DNA of 64,000 bases from assembly GCF_965641715.1 (NCBI RefSeq), contig NZ_OZ282453.1; one strand, given 5' to 3'. This document shows, in pieces, positions 41,818 through 51,040 of the stretch. This DNA is from Escherichia coli. GTDB lineage: Bacteria; Pseudomonadota; Gammaproteobacteria; Enterobacterales; Enterobacteriaceae. How positions within the stretch are numbered: position 1 is the first letter of the stretch; every line of letters starts with the position of its first letter. Position numbers and translations under genes: made by a program. The notes under the pieces were generated by a model that did not search any database, was not told the DNA's origin, and was given only the letters and a program-made list of their open reading frames with translations.

Positions 41818-42588
41818 TTATCCTTCGAAGTCCCGCAAAGCTCCGAAATATTTCGCGTCATTGGCTCTGAAAGCAATATCAAGACAGTGGGCAAAATAGC
41901 TTTCCTGACTGAGTTCACTGACTGCTTTCTCCTTCATCAGGACTTCAGCGTCGCAGATACAGCCCATCAATCCCACCTGTACATCATCCACCCGATTCAT
42001 CTCCGGGTTGTCAGTAAGCCTGCGTTCTGGTGAAAAACTTCCTGATTTCCAGTTAATCTCACCATCACGGTCTAACCAGCTCCAGAACAACGCAATATCA
42101 GTAAATGTCGCCTGCTGCTCGTTAGTCAAAACATGTGTGAACAGTAAAGGGAACACCCGATTATCATAGTAACGCAGCAATCCGGTCTGTTCTTCCCACT
42201 GAACCTGTGACAATACCTGAAGATGCCGCCCCAGCAGGTCGAATGTAAGAGGGGATATCAACAAAGTAAGACGCGGCGTATCAGCAAATGACGCCATCAG
42301 TTGTGCCAGAAATTTGCGATGGCTACTGAGCGCAAAGTACAGGCGTAACACTACAGGGGAATACTCCATCGTCTCAGCTTCAGGCGTTCCTTCAAACAGG
42401 GCATACCAGTGAATGGCTGGCCACAGATGAAGTATCTCATTTTGCAAAGGTTGGTCGGTTCCAGCCTGGTCAACAAGCACATCTATGTAATCCAAACCAG
42501 CGGCAGAACAGAATGATTCAGCCTGCTTCAGCCAGATAATATATTTGTCTTGATCGGTAGCGCGTGGCGATACTGTTATCATCGTCAT
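41818..42588 (-). CDS. T6SS effector adaptor/chaperone (DUF4123-like)
   Basis: 256 aa; positioned between vgrG remnant and effector. Confidence 0.45.
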   Translation of the reverse strand: MTMITVSPRATDQDKYIIWLKQAESFCSAAGLDYIDVLVDQAGTDQPLQNEILHLWPAIHWYALFEGTPEAETMEYSPVVLRLYFALSSHRKFLAQLMASFADTPRLTLLISPLTFDLLGRHLQVLSQVQWEEQTGLLRYYDNRVFPLLFTHVLTNEQQATFTDIALFWSWLDRDGEINWKSGSFSPERRLTDNPEMNRVDDVQVGLMGCICDAEVLMKEKAVSELSQESYFAHCLDIAFRANDAKYFGALRDFEG

Positions 42589-42594
42589 TCTCCC

Positions 42595-43010
42595 TTATCC
42601 ACGAGGCGCAAAAGCGGCGGCGGCTTCCTGCGCCCTTTTCAGGCACTCCTTACACACCGATTTTTCTGGCGCTTCCTCACCCTCATCGTTGTTATCATTC
42701 TGATCGGACGATGCATTACTATCATTTTGCTCAGCCGCTAAACTTTTATCATCTGCCAGCGCTTTCAGAACCGCCGGTTGCAGCGTCGGCACCGGCGTTC
42801 CCGGACTACCGCCGCTATTGAGATTGATTTTCGGCCCGACGATGTCCACGCCCCCTGAATGGATGACCACAAACGAACCGCCCACCTTCAGGCTTATCCG
42901 GCTGCTGCTCTCCAGCACCACATCGCCCTCCACCTTTAACCACGCCACCGCAGTCAATGGCATCACCGGTTCTGGCGGTAGGTTTATCGTCGATAAAGGC
43001 GGAAGAGGTG
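42595..43010 (-). pseudogene. Chimeric PAAR 3' fragment fused to vgrG 3' fragment (recombination scar)
   Basis: PAAR motif SSAFIDDKPTARTGDAIDCGGVV in one frame, then vgrG C-terminus VLESSSRISLKVGGSFVVIHSGGVDIVGPKINLN in another; junction ~42940. Confidence 0.65.
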
Positions 43011-43082
43011 TTTCCGGCTCTTAAGAAATATTTACGCACATGCACCAGCATTACAGAAAATAAAACCTGCGATACATTTTAA

Positions 43083-43859
43083 TCAATAAGGTTGCTTTAC
43101 CAAGCTTCCATCGATATTGATGGAAAATTCATTAGACCTAATATGAACAGAATGTTGCTCATCATCTTTATCTAATATTTGATTAACAAAAAAAAACGTA
43201 TTTTTATCAAATTCATAATTATCACATCCCTCTCCACTAAATGATATAGCTCTAAAATCATATTCATTACATGAGTATCTTTTCATCAAAATAGAGAGGA
43301 ATGTTTCATTAATTGATTTTAATACAAACCATTTTCTCCTAACAAGTTTGTAGTTTAATGTTTTTATATGATAATTATTTAAACTGGGGAGAAATGAATG
43401 CATATCATTCAATTTTACATCAAAAGATATTTTTTTACCTGCCGTAATTTCCACCCATCGGCTCAAATTCAAATCAAGCTCAAAGGGACAAAAGCCTCCT
43501 AGATAGTCTAAGCTAATATTTCCTGATGTAATCAAGAATTCGTCATCACACAAAGCATCAAATACATCTCCATTTCCTTTTTGGAAGTTCTTTGGATAAT
43601 ATATTCTGGGGAGAAAATACGATTTAGTACTACTGTTATAAAAAGTTATAGTAGCTAAAATATTTTCAGCATGTGGCTTAACCACCAATTTAACAACAAC
43701 ATCATTTGTTAATTCATTACTTATATTTTCCTCTGGCGCTAAATTATGGCTAAGATAAATAATTGGTTTCCCATTGTCACTTCTTCGTTCAAAACCGAAT
43801 CTGTATTTTTTTACAAAAAGATTCTCATTATCTATTGCAATTGCAATAGATAATGGCAA
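43083..43859 (-). CDS. hypothetical protein, candidate immunity for upstream HExxH effector
   Basis: AT-rich 258-aa ORF directly downstream of putative effector; no signal peptide seen. Confidence 0.35.
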   Translation of the reverse strand: MPLSIAIAIDNENLFVKKYRFGFERRSDNGKPIIYLSHNLAPEENISNELTNDVVVKLVVKPHAENILATITFYNSSTKSYFLPRIYYPKNFQKGNGDVFDALCDDEFLITSGNISLDYLGGFCPFELDLNLSRWVEITAGKKISFDVKLNDMHSFLPSLNNYHIKTLNYKLVRRKWFVLKSINETFLSILMKRYSCNEYDFRAISFSGEGCDNYEFDKNTFFFVNQILDKDDEQHSVHIRSNEFSINIDGSLVKQPY

Positions 43860-43924
43860 AAAACAAAGAAAAAAAAACCATCAGTACAACATAATTTAGA
43901 TTATAGAAAGCCAACCTCTTCATC

Positions 43925-44728
43925 TTATTTCCCCGTCAACTCATCAAAACATTTTTCTATCTCTTTTATTTTATCCTCTACTTTTTTTGCTAACATATTC
44001 TCATCTTGAGCTTCAATATCTTCATCATTTAATTTTATATAAAAATATCTTTCAACATTATATGCATTCTCAAATAACTGATCTTTACGCAATGTAACCA
44101 GATCATTAGCCACTGAAACATGTTTCTCATAGCTAACTTCATCCTTATTACTTGTTGCGAACTTATTAATACCCGTATAATCCTGAGTCCACATACCACC
44201 TTTTTGATTGTCACCCCAATACCAAAATATATGGGACATTTCATGGCAAAGTGTACTTACATGAGAGTCTCTACCTGTAACCGACTGTTTTATACCATGT
44301 CTGTATTCAAAATGCGCTCCGATATTTACAATGTAAGGAGGATCAAGATGTGGACTAATAAAAGCAGCAAATTCATTGCAGTTCGTATAATCTTTATAGC
44401 TTTCGATCGTCAAACCATTTGCAATCGTCATTATTCGTCTGATGCCATCCATTATGAATAGTCTCGCTTGCATTCGTTTCCCAGTATCTTCCCCAACTTT
44501 TCTGATTTTTATAATGTCCTCGCCTTTAAGGCCAAAAACTTTAATAAAATCTCGTTGTTGTTCCCCCTCCCATGACATAATATCATCTGCTCTTTTCAAT
44601 AAAACCATTTTCTGTGCTTTACAAGCCTTACTCATCATTATTTTAAATTTATTTGTAATTTTTTGCGGTACTACACATACTTGCGACTCGGGTTGTGAAG
44701 TCCCACTAGTATTATTATTCCCTGCCAT
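43925..44728 (-). CDS. putative zincin-like (HExxH) metallopeptidase toxin, T6SS effector candidate
   Basis: HEMSH motif (LCHEMSHIFWYWG); start MAGNNNTSG overlaps vgrG stop; AT-rich; ORF track extension to 45103 is spurious. Confidence 0.45.
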   Translation of the reverse strand: MAGNNNTSGTSQPESQVCVVPQKITNKFKIMMSKACKAQKMVLLKRADDIMSWEGEQQRDFIKVFGLKGEDIIKIRKVGEDTGKRMQARLFIMDGIRRIMTIANGLTIESYKDYTNCNEFAAFISPHLDPPYIVNIGAHFEYRHGIKQSVTGRDSHVSTLCHEMSHIFWYWGDNQKGGMWTQDYTGINKFATSNKDEVSYEKHVSVANDLVTLRKDQLFENAYNVERYFYIKLNDEDIEAQDENMLAKKVEDKIKEIEKCFDELTGK

Positions 44729-47114
44729 AATGCCCCTCCGGCTCAATATAAAAAGCATCCGAAAATAACAATTGGACTTTAATTTCCTGTGCTGTATCTG
44801 TATAAAATATTTCTGTATATCCCTCTCTGTCTGTTTCACCACGCGTCTGTGTGCCATCCTCAAAAAAGGCAATATACTGCGTCTCTGAATACGGTATCCC
44901 GTCATCGTCCGTAAAATGGAACTGGAGGGTATATTTTTCAGGATCATCTTCATCGTCACCGCCATCACCTCCTCCGTCACTCCCTGCGGGATTGCCACTA
45001 TCCTCTCCGGAGTCATCACTGCCATCATCACTGCTCTCATCCTCCGGAGCCTCCAGCACCGCCGGCTGCATCGTCCCCACCGGTGTCCCCGCACTGCCCC
45101 CACCGTTCAGGTTTATCTTCGGCCCGGCAATATCCACTCCGCCCGGCTGAATGACGATAAACGAGCCACCCACCTTCAGGCTTATCCGGCTGCTGCTCTC
45201 CAGCACGATATCCCCGTCCACTTTTATCCCCAGCGCGCCACTCACCTTCTCCGCCAGGTCCCCCTTCACCTCCAGGCTGTGCTTCCCCTCCACCAGGCTG
45301 ATGTGGTTACCCGTCGTCTTATGCTCCTGCTTCCCTTTCACCGTCACCCTACGGTCATTTCTGACGTACAGACCGTCATCGTGACTCACGCTCACCGTCC
45401 GGTCATTTGTCACCTTCAGCGTCTGGTCGTTACGTACCGTTATGCTCCGGTCGTTCGCCACCGTGATACTCTGGTCGTGGCCTCCTTCTTTTCTGGTCCC
45501 GACCTCAACCGTCTGCCCCTTCACCACCGTTATCTTCTGGTCGTTACCAATGGTCTCCGTATGGTCATGTTTCACATCCGTTGTCCGGTCGTTGAGCACC
45601 TCCGTATCCATGTTCTTCTGCGCATGGATATACACCTGCTCATTACTGGTGGCGTCCTCAAAGCGCAACTCGTTAAATCCGCTTCCTTTATAGGTCTTCG
45701 ACCGTATCGTCATCTGCGTCTTCGTCCCCGGCAGGCTCCCCGGCGAACGGTTGTCCTCATGGTACGTCCGGCCCATGACCAGCGGCTGGTCCGGGTCTCC
45801 GTTCAGGAAGTCAACAATCACCTCCTGACCCACCCGCGGTATCGCCAGGTTACCAAACCCCGGCCCCGCCCACGCCTGTGATACCCGCACCCAGCATGAA
45901 CTCGCCTCCGTCATCCCGTGATAACGGTCCCAGTGGAACTTCACCCGTACCCGGCCATGTTCGTCGCAGAATATCTCCTCACCCTTCGGCCCGGTGACAA
46001 TGGCGCTCTGCGGCCCGTCCACCTTCGGTTTGCTTTGCAGCCGTGGACGCCACGTCCGGTCCGCCGGTATCACCTCTAACTGATTTCCCAGCGTGGTTCC
46101 TCTCCCCTGGCTGCCGTGCAGCGCCTGCGGCTGGCTTCCTGACAGTATGCTCTGTACCACCTGCCATTCACGGTTCAGCATCTTCTGCGGATGCCCCGTC
46201 AGCGTAAACCGCGTTCCCGGCCACAGCCTCGGCGAATTACTCTGCCCTGTGGCCTTTTCCGCATCACTGCGCAGGCTCTCCATCTGGTACAGCGTGAAAT
46301 CCTTGCCGTGCTGCTCATCCTTGAACCTTCCCGGATAATCAAATATCTCGTACTGCGCCAGCTGTCCGTTCAGGTTCTCACCCTGCTGCTCATACATCCC
46401 CGGCCAGTCCGGCACCTTAAACGTGTAATCCTGGCTCTGCACCGACGACGGGCGGACATGCGCCTCATAACGGAACATACTGAGACACTCCGTCTCCGCT
46501 CCTGCCGATGTGTCCGGGTTAAACGGAAGCTCTCCCGCCTGTGACAGCCCCGCCACATCGTCGCACAGCGTCAGCTTCTGCTCCGGACTGTCCGCCGCAA
46601 ACCGCTCAAAGAAGAAAATTCCTTCTTCCGCCCACAGCCGAGCCAGAAACGCCAGGTCGCTCTCCCCGTACTGGACACAGAACTCCCGCGCCGGATGGTC
46701 TTCATAAAACAGCGGAGTCCACTCCGTGACGCCGTTCTCGTTCAGTAACGTGGCCGATATCGTCCGGATATCCTGCTGCTGAAAAATACGAAAGTTCTGC
46801 CGCAGCCCGCACCGCCATAACGGCGGCTCAATACGCAGGTGATAACGCATCTGCCAGCCGTTGTTCTCCTGCATGCCAAAGCCCGCCACCACGCCGGTGA
46901 CATAACGCTGCGCCACCGCGCCCTGCCAGATGGCCAGCGTCGCCTTCTTCTCCAGCAGCATCTCCGCCGTCTGCATAAAAGAGTCGCTGGCAACATCCAC
47001 ACTCATCACAAACGGATAAGACTGGTTCTGGATTAACCTGAAATTCACCACTGCAAAGGTGTCCGGCTCCTGGCCGTCAATCTCCAGCGTAAAGCGCAGA
47101 CCGTTTAAGGACAT
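44715..47114 (-). CDS. vgrG: T6SS spike protein VgrG with acidic linker and C-terminal extension domain
   Basis: 799 aa; repeated octapeptide region; Asp/Gly-rich linker then ~70-aa C-terminal domain. Confidence 0.9.
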   Translation of the reverse strand: MSLNGLRFTLEIDGQEPDTFAVVNFRLIQNQSYPFVMSVDVASDSFMQTAEMLLEKKATLAIWQGAVAQRYVTGVVAGFGMQENNGWQMRYHLRIEPPLWRCGLRQNFRIFQQQDIRTISATLLNENGVTEWTPLFYEDHPAREFCVQYGESDLAFLARLWAEEGIFFFERFAADSPEQKLTLCDDVAGLSQAGELPFNPDTSAGAETECLSMFRYEAHVRPSSVQSQDYTFKVPDWPGMYEQQGENLNGQLAQYEIFDYPGRFKDEQHGKDFTLYQMESLRSDAEKATGQSNSPRLWPGTRFTLTGHPQKMLNREWQVVQSILSGSQPQALHGSQGRGTTLGNQLEVIPADRTWRPRLQSKPKVDGPQSAIVTGPKGEEIFCDEHGRVRVKFHWDRYHGMTEASSCWVRVSQAWAGPGFGNLAIPRVGQEVIVDFLNGDPDQPLVMGRTYHEDNRSPGSLPGTKTQMTIRSKTYKGSGFNELRFEDATSNEQVYIHAQKNMDTEVLNDRTTDVKHDHTETIGNDQKITVVKGQTVEVGTRKEGGHDQSITVANDRSITVRNDQTLKVTNDRTVSVSHDDGLYVRNDRRVTVKGKQEHKTTGNHISLVEGKHSLEVKGDLAEKVSGALGIKVDGDIVLESSSRISLKVGGSFIVIQPGGVDIAGPKINLNGGGSAGTPVGTMQPAVLEAPEDESSDDGSDDSGEDSGNPAGSDGGGDGGDDEDDPEKYTLQFHFTDDDGIPYSETQYIAFFEDGTQTRGETDREGYTEIFYTDTAQEIKVQLLFSDAFYIEPEGHYGRE
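45650..47114. repeat. ~1.5 kb direct repeat, vgrG 5' region copy 1
   Basis: near-identical to 51535..52995 (1 mismatch in the ~130 bp compared by eye); boundaries approximate. Confidence 0.7.
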
Positions 47115-47132
47115 AAATACCTCTCAGACATA

Positions 47133-47417
47133 TCAGCCTATATTTACCGTACCGCCACCAATGACCACACCACCACAGTCGATGGCATCACCGGTTCTGG
47201 CGGCGGGCAGGCCGTCAATAAAGACGGTTGAAGAACCTCTGGCGATTTTACGGGGATGAGGTGGATGCTTCGGTTTAGCATGCGGCGTCAGCGGATCTCC
47301 CTGGCGAGCAGCAGGTAATCCATCAATAAATACCGTGGATGAAGCCGCAATGATGACTGTCTCACGGTAGCCATCATGCTGAGTACCTTTGTCGTTTAAT
47401 CTGGCAGCTAAAGGCAT
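47133..47417 (-). CDS. PAAR-domain protein
   Basis: two PAAR motifs (STVFIDGLPAARQGD / STVFIDGLPAARTGDAIDCGG). Confidence 0.8.
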   Translation of the reverse strand: MPLAARLNDKGTQHDGYRETVIIAASSTVFIDGLPAARQGDPLTPHAKPKHPPHPRKIARGSSTVFIDGLPAARTGDAIDCGGVVIGGGTVNIG

Positions 47418-47527
47418 AATTCCTCCTGTTCAGAATATCAGCGACAAAAAATTTAAAAAACGGTAAGGTGCTTAACTCAGCAATAATCACCTTACCGGAC
47501 ATCCTGATTTGTAGCCCAACAGGTTAA

Positions 47528-48538
47528 TCAAGTAACAGGGATAAACTGACCATCAATCAGCGAAAATACCGGAGCGTAATACCCCATACGCTCTTCACCA
47601 CTTTCATCTGTAAAACGGTAAGTCAGTGGGGAATACGTTGGCATTGATTTATTATATAATTGCACCATACGCCCATTATTCATAACCCGGACGGCATAAT
47701 CGTTCCACCTGATAGGCAGTATTTTGGCTTTTCCACCCTCAAGGTTATCTTTCGGAAAGTGGGAGAGTAATATGTCATCCTCAGAGTCACCGGTTGTGGC
47801 TGACCATGCCTTCAGCGCCTCTGTGTTATATAACTTAAGACGTGCTCTGTCCCCGCTGTTAATAATTGTTGCCATTTCGGTATAGGTGGCTTTTAACTTC
47901 CGTAGCTGCTCGTCGCTTCCGGTATAGGGGGTTGCCCGCGTCCAGGCCCATTCAGGAAGCCCCGTCACCGTGACTTTTTGTGTAAACTGATACACCTTCA
48001 TCCCTTTCGGAAAATAGGTTTCATCAAAATAATCTGGATCTATAAATCCTGGCTCCGCCTGCTCTGCCAGGATCTCTTTCCTGATAACGGGATGCACGCT
48101 GTCTGACCGGGCTTCAGGTATGCCCTGCTGGTTGATGGTCACTTTTATCGAAGAAAGCAGGGTTTCTTCCTGTTTAATAAAACGAACCAAATCCAGGCTG
48201 CACCCTGCTTTTTGGAAAAAACGCCCCCGTTCTTCCGTACTGGCAGGCTTGTCAGAAAACCATCCTAACGCCCCGATTTCCAGACTGATTTCATTTTCTC
48301 CATTCGCCATCAGCATCATGGCATTGGTGCTGGATATGGCCCCGGTGGAATCACCATTCTCTCGCCATGCGTTCATTCGGTTACTGAAGCCGAGGACACC
48401 GTTGGTTTTGATGGCACAATATGATTCCTCAATATTAAACTTACTGCGGATTTTTTGTGGATTTTCACCCGAGTACAATCCTGCTCCCATAATACCTCCT
48501 GACAGTAAAATAACCGATATTAAATGTTTTACCTTCAT
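47528..48538 (-). CDS. secreted protein of unknown function, candidate periplasmic immunity protein
   Basis: N-terminal signal peptide; follows putative effector. Confidence 0.4.
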   Translation of the reverse strand: MKVKHLISVILLSGGIMGAGLYSGENPQKIRSKFNIEESYCAIKTNGVLGFSNRMNAWRENGDSTGAISSTNAMMLMANGENEISLEIGALGWFSDKPASTEERGRFFQKAGCSLDLVRFIKQEETLLSSIKVTINQQGIPEARSDSVHPVIRKEILAEQAEPGFIDPDYFDETYFPKGMKVYQFTQKVTVTGLPEWAWTRATPYTGSDEQLRKLKATYTEMATIINSGDRARLKLYNTEALKAWSATTGDSEDDILLSHFPKDNLEGGKAKILPIRWNDYAVRVMNNGRMVQLYNKSMPTYSPLTYRFTDESGEERMGYYAPVFSLIDGQFIPVT

Positions 48539-48604
48539 AATTATTTTCTCTTAAAAGGAAAAGACTCTCATTATATTGAGTGATTTTAATTGCTGTAATA
48601 TCAC

Positions 48605-50176
48605 TTAATAATCCATGCCTATTGTCCACGTTGTCACTGGCTTCGGCGGTATTACTTTTTTCTCTACCGTGCGTTCTTTACCGTATAAATTAACCCGCAA
48701 TGGTGAATCTTTTATCTCCATAGGATCACATAACTGCCACTCAACGGTATCTTTCTTCTCGGGTTTCTCACTCTTTTCTTTCCCCTTTCCCTTCCCTTTA
48801 CTTTCACCATAAGATACATCCGCCTTAAATTCGAACTTTCCTTTAATGCCGTCATGAAATAATGCCAGGTCCAGTCCGTCATCATGTGAATCGAATCCAA
48901 AGCCAGCTTTCGCCTCTATAGAAGCGGTCGCTTCTGCGGTCAGTTGTACAACAAAAACATTCGCCTCAAACGTCGCACTCACCACACCTTTTAAACCGAG
49001 CTTGATGTTACTTTCCTTTACATTAAACTCCCATTTTTTATCCTTTTCAGCGTATACTGCGCCAAGATCAAGATTAATCTCCGCTGAAATCTCGATATAG
49101 CATTCAACACTGGCTCCGTTTTTACGGAGATATTCACGACATCTGTTGACCAATGACTCGACTTTACAGTATGCACATATAAATGAAATAATATCGAATC
49201 TGAACGACGCTTCAAAAAATGGGGCACCAAACAAACCATAAAAATGACAGGGGCCATCCTGGATATCGGTATATTGATAGGCATACGATATACCCAGTTT
49301 AACGGGTTCTATTTTTGCACTGAACAATGCATATTTGCGCGTACCATTATTATTGTCAGGATCTGGCGCAAAATATTTATTGACATTCTTGACCAGAGAG
49401 TCAATTCTTCCTATCTGTTCCAGTTGCTTTGTTTGTCGAAGTTTTTTTATCTCTTTTTCATATTCACTTGTGTGTTCAACATTAGCTATTTTTACGCCAA
49501 AATCGACAGTCAGGGAAGTCTTGTTTATCCACTCAAACTCAGCAGTGGTATTTGTCCAGCCGCTACGGAGTTTATTTTTATCCCTGGGCTTGGTGTTCTC
49601 CATTGCGTCCCTGGCTTTTATTCTTTCGTCACGCCGCTCTTTTACTGTTCGCGTCTGTTTTGATGACGAAATCTCATAGCTGAACCCTGTAGTAAACCTA
49701 ATTTCCATTGTAGGATAAACATCAATTTCAACATAATTGCCACATTCGTAACAACTGTCAATTCTGACTGAATAATGGGCAGGTTCATAATGATTCTTAA
49801 GTGGAGAGGATATTGCCCCCAAATAATCCCATGGTACGCGAAATGTACCCATAGCAATTATTTCACCTTCAGACAAGTTATCATCCAAAGTGACCTTATT
49901 AGGTATTCCGAAAGGTTGCAGTATCTTATGATTATTTTCTGATTCTTCCTCTAACCATGCCTCATGTGTTCCACTTTTATCGCACTGGTAGGTAATGGTA
50001 ATTATACCATCACATCCGGAACCATCATCCAGTAGCTTAAAACGCGCCACTCCTTCTTTTGACCAGAAATGTTTCTCGCCGGCCTCTGGAAAATCACTAA
50101 TAACATCAAAAATACATGGATCAGGTATGCCGCATTCCACACAGGGCTTTCCGGCTGTCGAAGATGGAGATGTCAT
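48605..50176 (-). CDS. large protein of unknown function, candidate T6SS effector
   Basis: 523 aa, follows DUF4123-like adaptor; Cys-rich N-terminus (CVECG..DPC), Lys/Gly-rich C-terminal tract; AT-rich. Confidence 0.4.
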   Translation of the reverse strand: MTSPSSTAGKPCVECGIPDPCIFDVISDFPEAGEKHFWSKEGVARFKLLDDGSGCDGIITITYQCDKSGTHEAWLEEESENNHKILQPFGIPNKVTLDDNLSEGEIIAMGTFRVPWDYLGAISSPLKNHYEPAHYSVRIDSCYECGNYVEIDVYPTMEIRFTTGFSYEISSSKQTRTVKERRDERIKARDAMENTKPRDKNKLRSGWTNTTAEFEWINKTSLTVDFGVKIANVEHTSEYEKEIKKLRQTKQLEQIGRIDSLVKNVNKYFAPDPDNNNGTRKYALFSAKIEPVKLGISYAYQYTDIQDGPCHFYGLFGAPFFEASFRFDIISFICAYCKVESLVNRCREYLRKNGASVECYIEISAEINLDLGAVYAEKDKKWEFNVKESNIKLGLKGVVSATFEANVFVVQLTAEATASIEAKAGFGFDSHDDGLDLALFHDGIKGKFEFKADVSYGESKGKGKGKEKSEKPEKKDTVEWQLCDPMEIKDSPLRVNLYGKERTVEKKVIPPKPVTTWTIGMDY

Positions 50177-50197
50177 ATAATCTATCCGTTTGTCTTT

Positions 50198-51040
50198 TTA
50201 TTGCGGGATAAATCCCAGTTCCTGTTGTGCAAGTTCATGTACCCGAATATGTCCCGGGTATGACTGATTGCTGAGTTGTTCATACCAGTCATCCGGAATA
50301 TATCTGAGATCGATTATATTTTTTTTCAGTAATATAAGCGTCATTGTTCTGACGGAACGATCATCTGCTATATTTAATGACTGGCAAAAAGAGAAATAAT
50401 CTTCTGCCAGAATTCGGGATGATTCAGCTTTTGATAAATCATCCCATCCGTCTTTATCTACATTTTCTTCGATAAATGCAGATAATATATCAAGATAATT
50501 ATCCCGTGCCTTTCGTTCCAGTTGGCTATATTGTCTGTAACTCAGCGTCAGTTGTGATGGCCGTTCTGCCCTTATATTCATAGTTTCTGCGGGACGGACG
50601 GAAGAAAAATTATCCTCACGACATTCTTCACCATAGCGGGTACTTAGCTGTCTGACGGGGCTGATAAAAGAAAGAAGCTGGCGGGGGGTCAGAACTTCCG
50701 CTAATACCCATATATTCCGGGGATCATAAAATCGCATGAGAACAGGTTTCTCCTGTTCGGGGATCATAACCCACAGATAACGTCTGAAGTGTTGCTGTAG
50801 CTCACGTATGGATGACTCAGAAGTAAGATATATTCCCCACGGCGACGCCTTATCACTCAGCCATGCTTCAACTTCCGGAACAACCTCCACGAGATAAGGG
50901 GCCAGCGCGACCAGATCCGGTTGTATGGGTTCTGCATACAGACAACAGTGCGGGGGATTCACCTCGTTCAGAAAATCCAGCAATCCTTCCTCCACAGCGC
51001 CATCCACAATGGCGTACTGCACGGGTGCCGTTTCCATCAC
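50198..51040 (-). CDS. T6SS effector adaptor/chaperone (DUF4123-like)
   Basis: N-terminal YAIVDGA; overlaps vgrG2 stop. Confidence 0.5.
   Translation of the reverse strand: MMETAPVQYAIVDGAVEEGLLDFLNEVNPPHCCLYAEPIQPDLVALAPYLVEVVPEVEAWLSDKASPWGIYLTSESSIRELQQHFRRYLWVMIPEQEKPVLMRFYDPRNIWVLAEVLTPRQLLSFISPVRQLSTRYGEECREDNFSSVRPAETMNIRAERPSQLTLSYRQYSQLERKARDNYLDILSAFIEENVDKDGWDDLSKAESSRILAEDYFSFCQSLNIADDRSVRTMTLILLKKNIIDLRYIPDDWYEQLSNQSYPGHIRVHELAQQELGFIPQ

Noticed and set aside
44916-45881. 321-aa + strand ORF opposite vgrG, and the extension of ORF 43925..45103 into vgrG
   Set aside because: Overlap the conserved vgrG frame; the effector candidate has a proper start at 44728 and the extra codons are out-of-frame read-through of vgrG sequence
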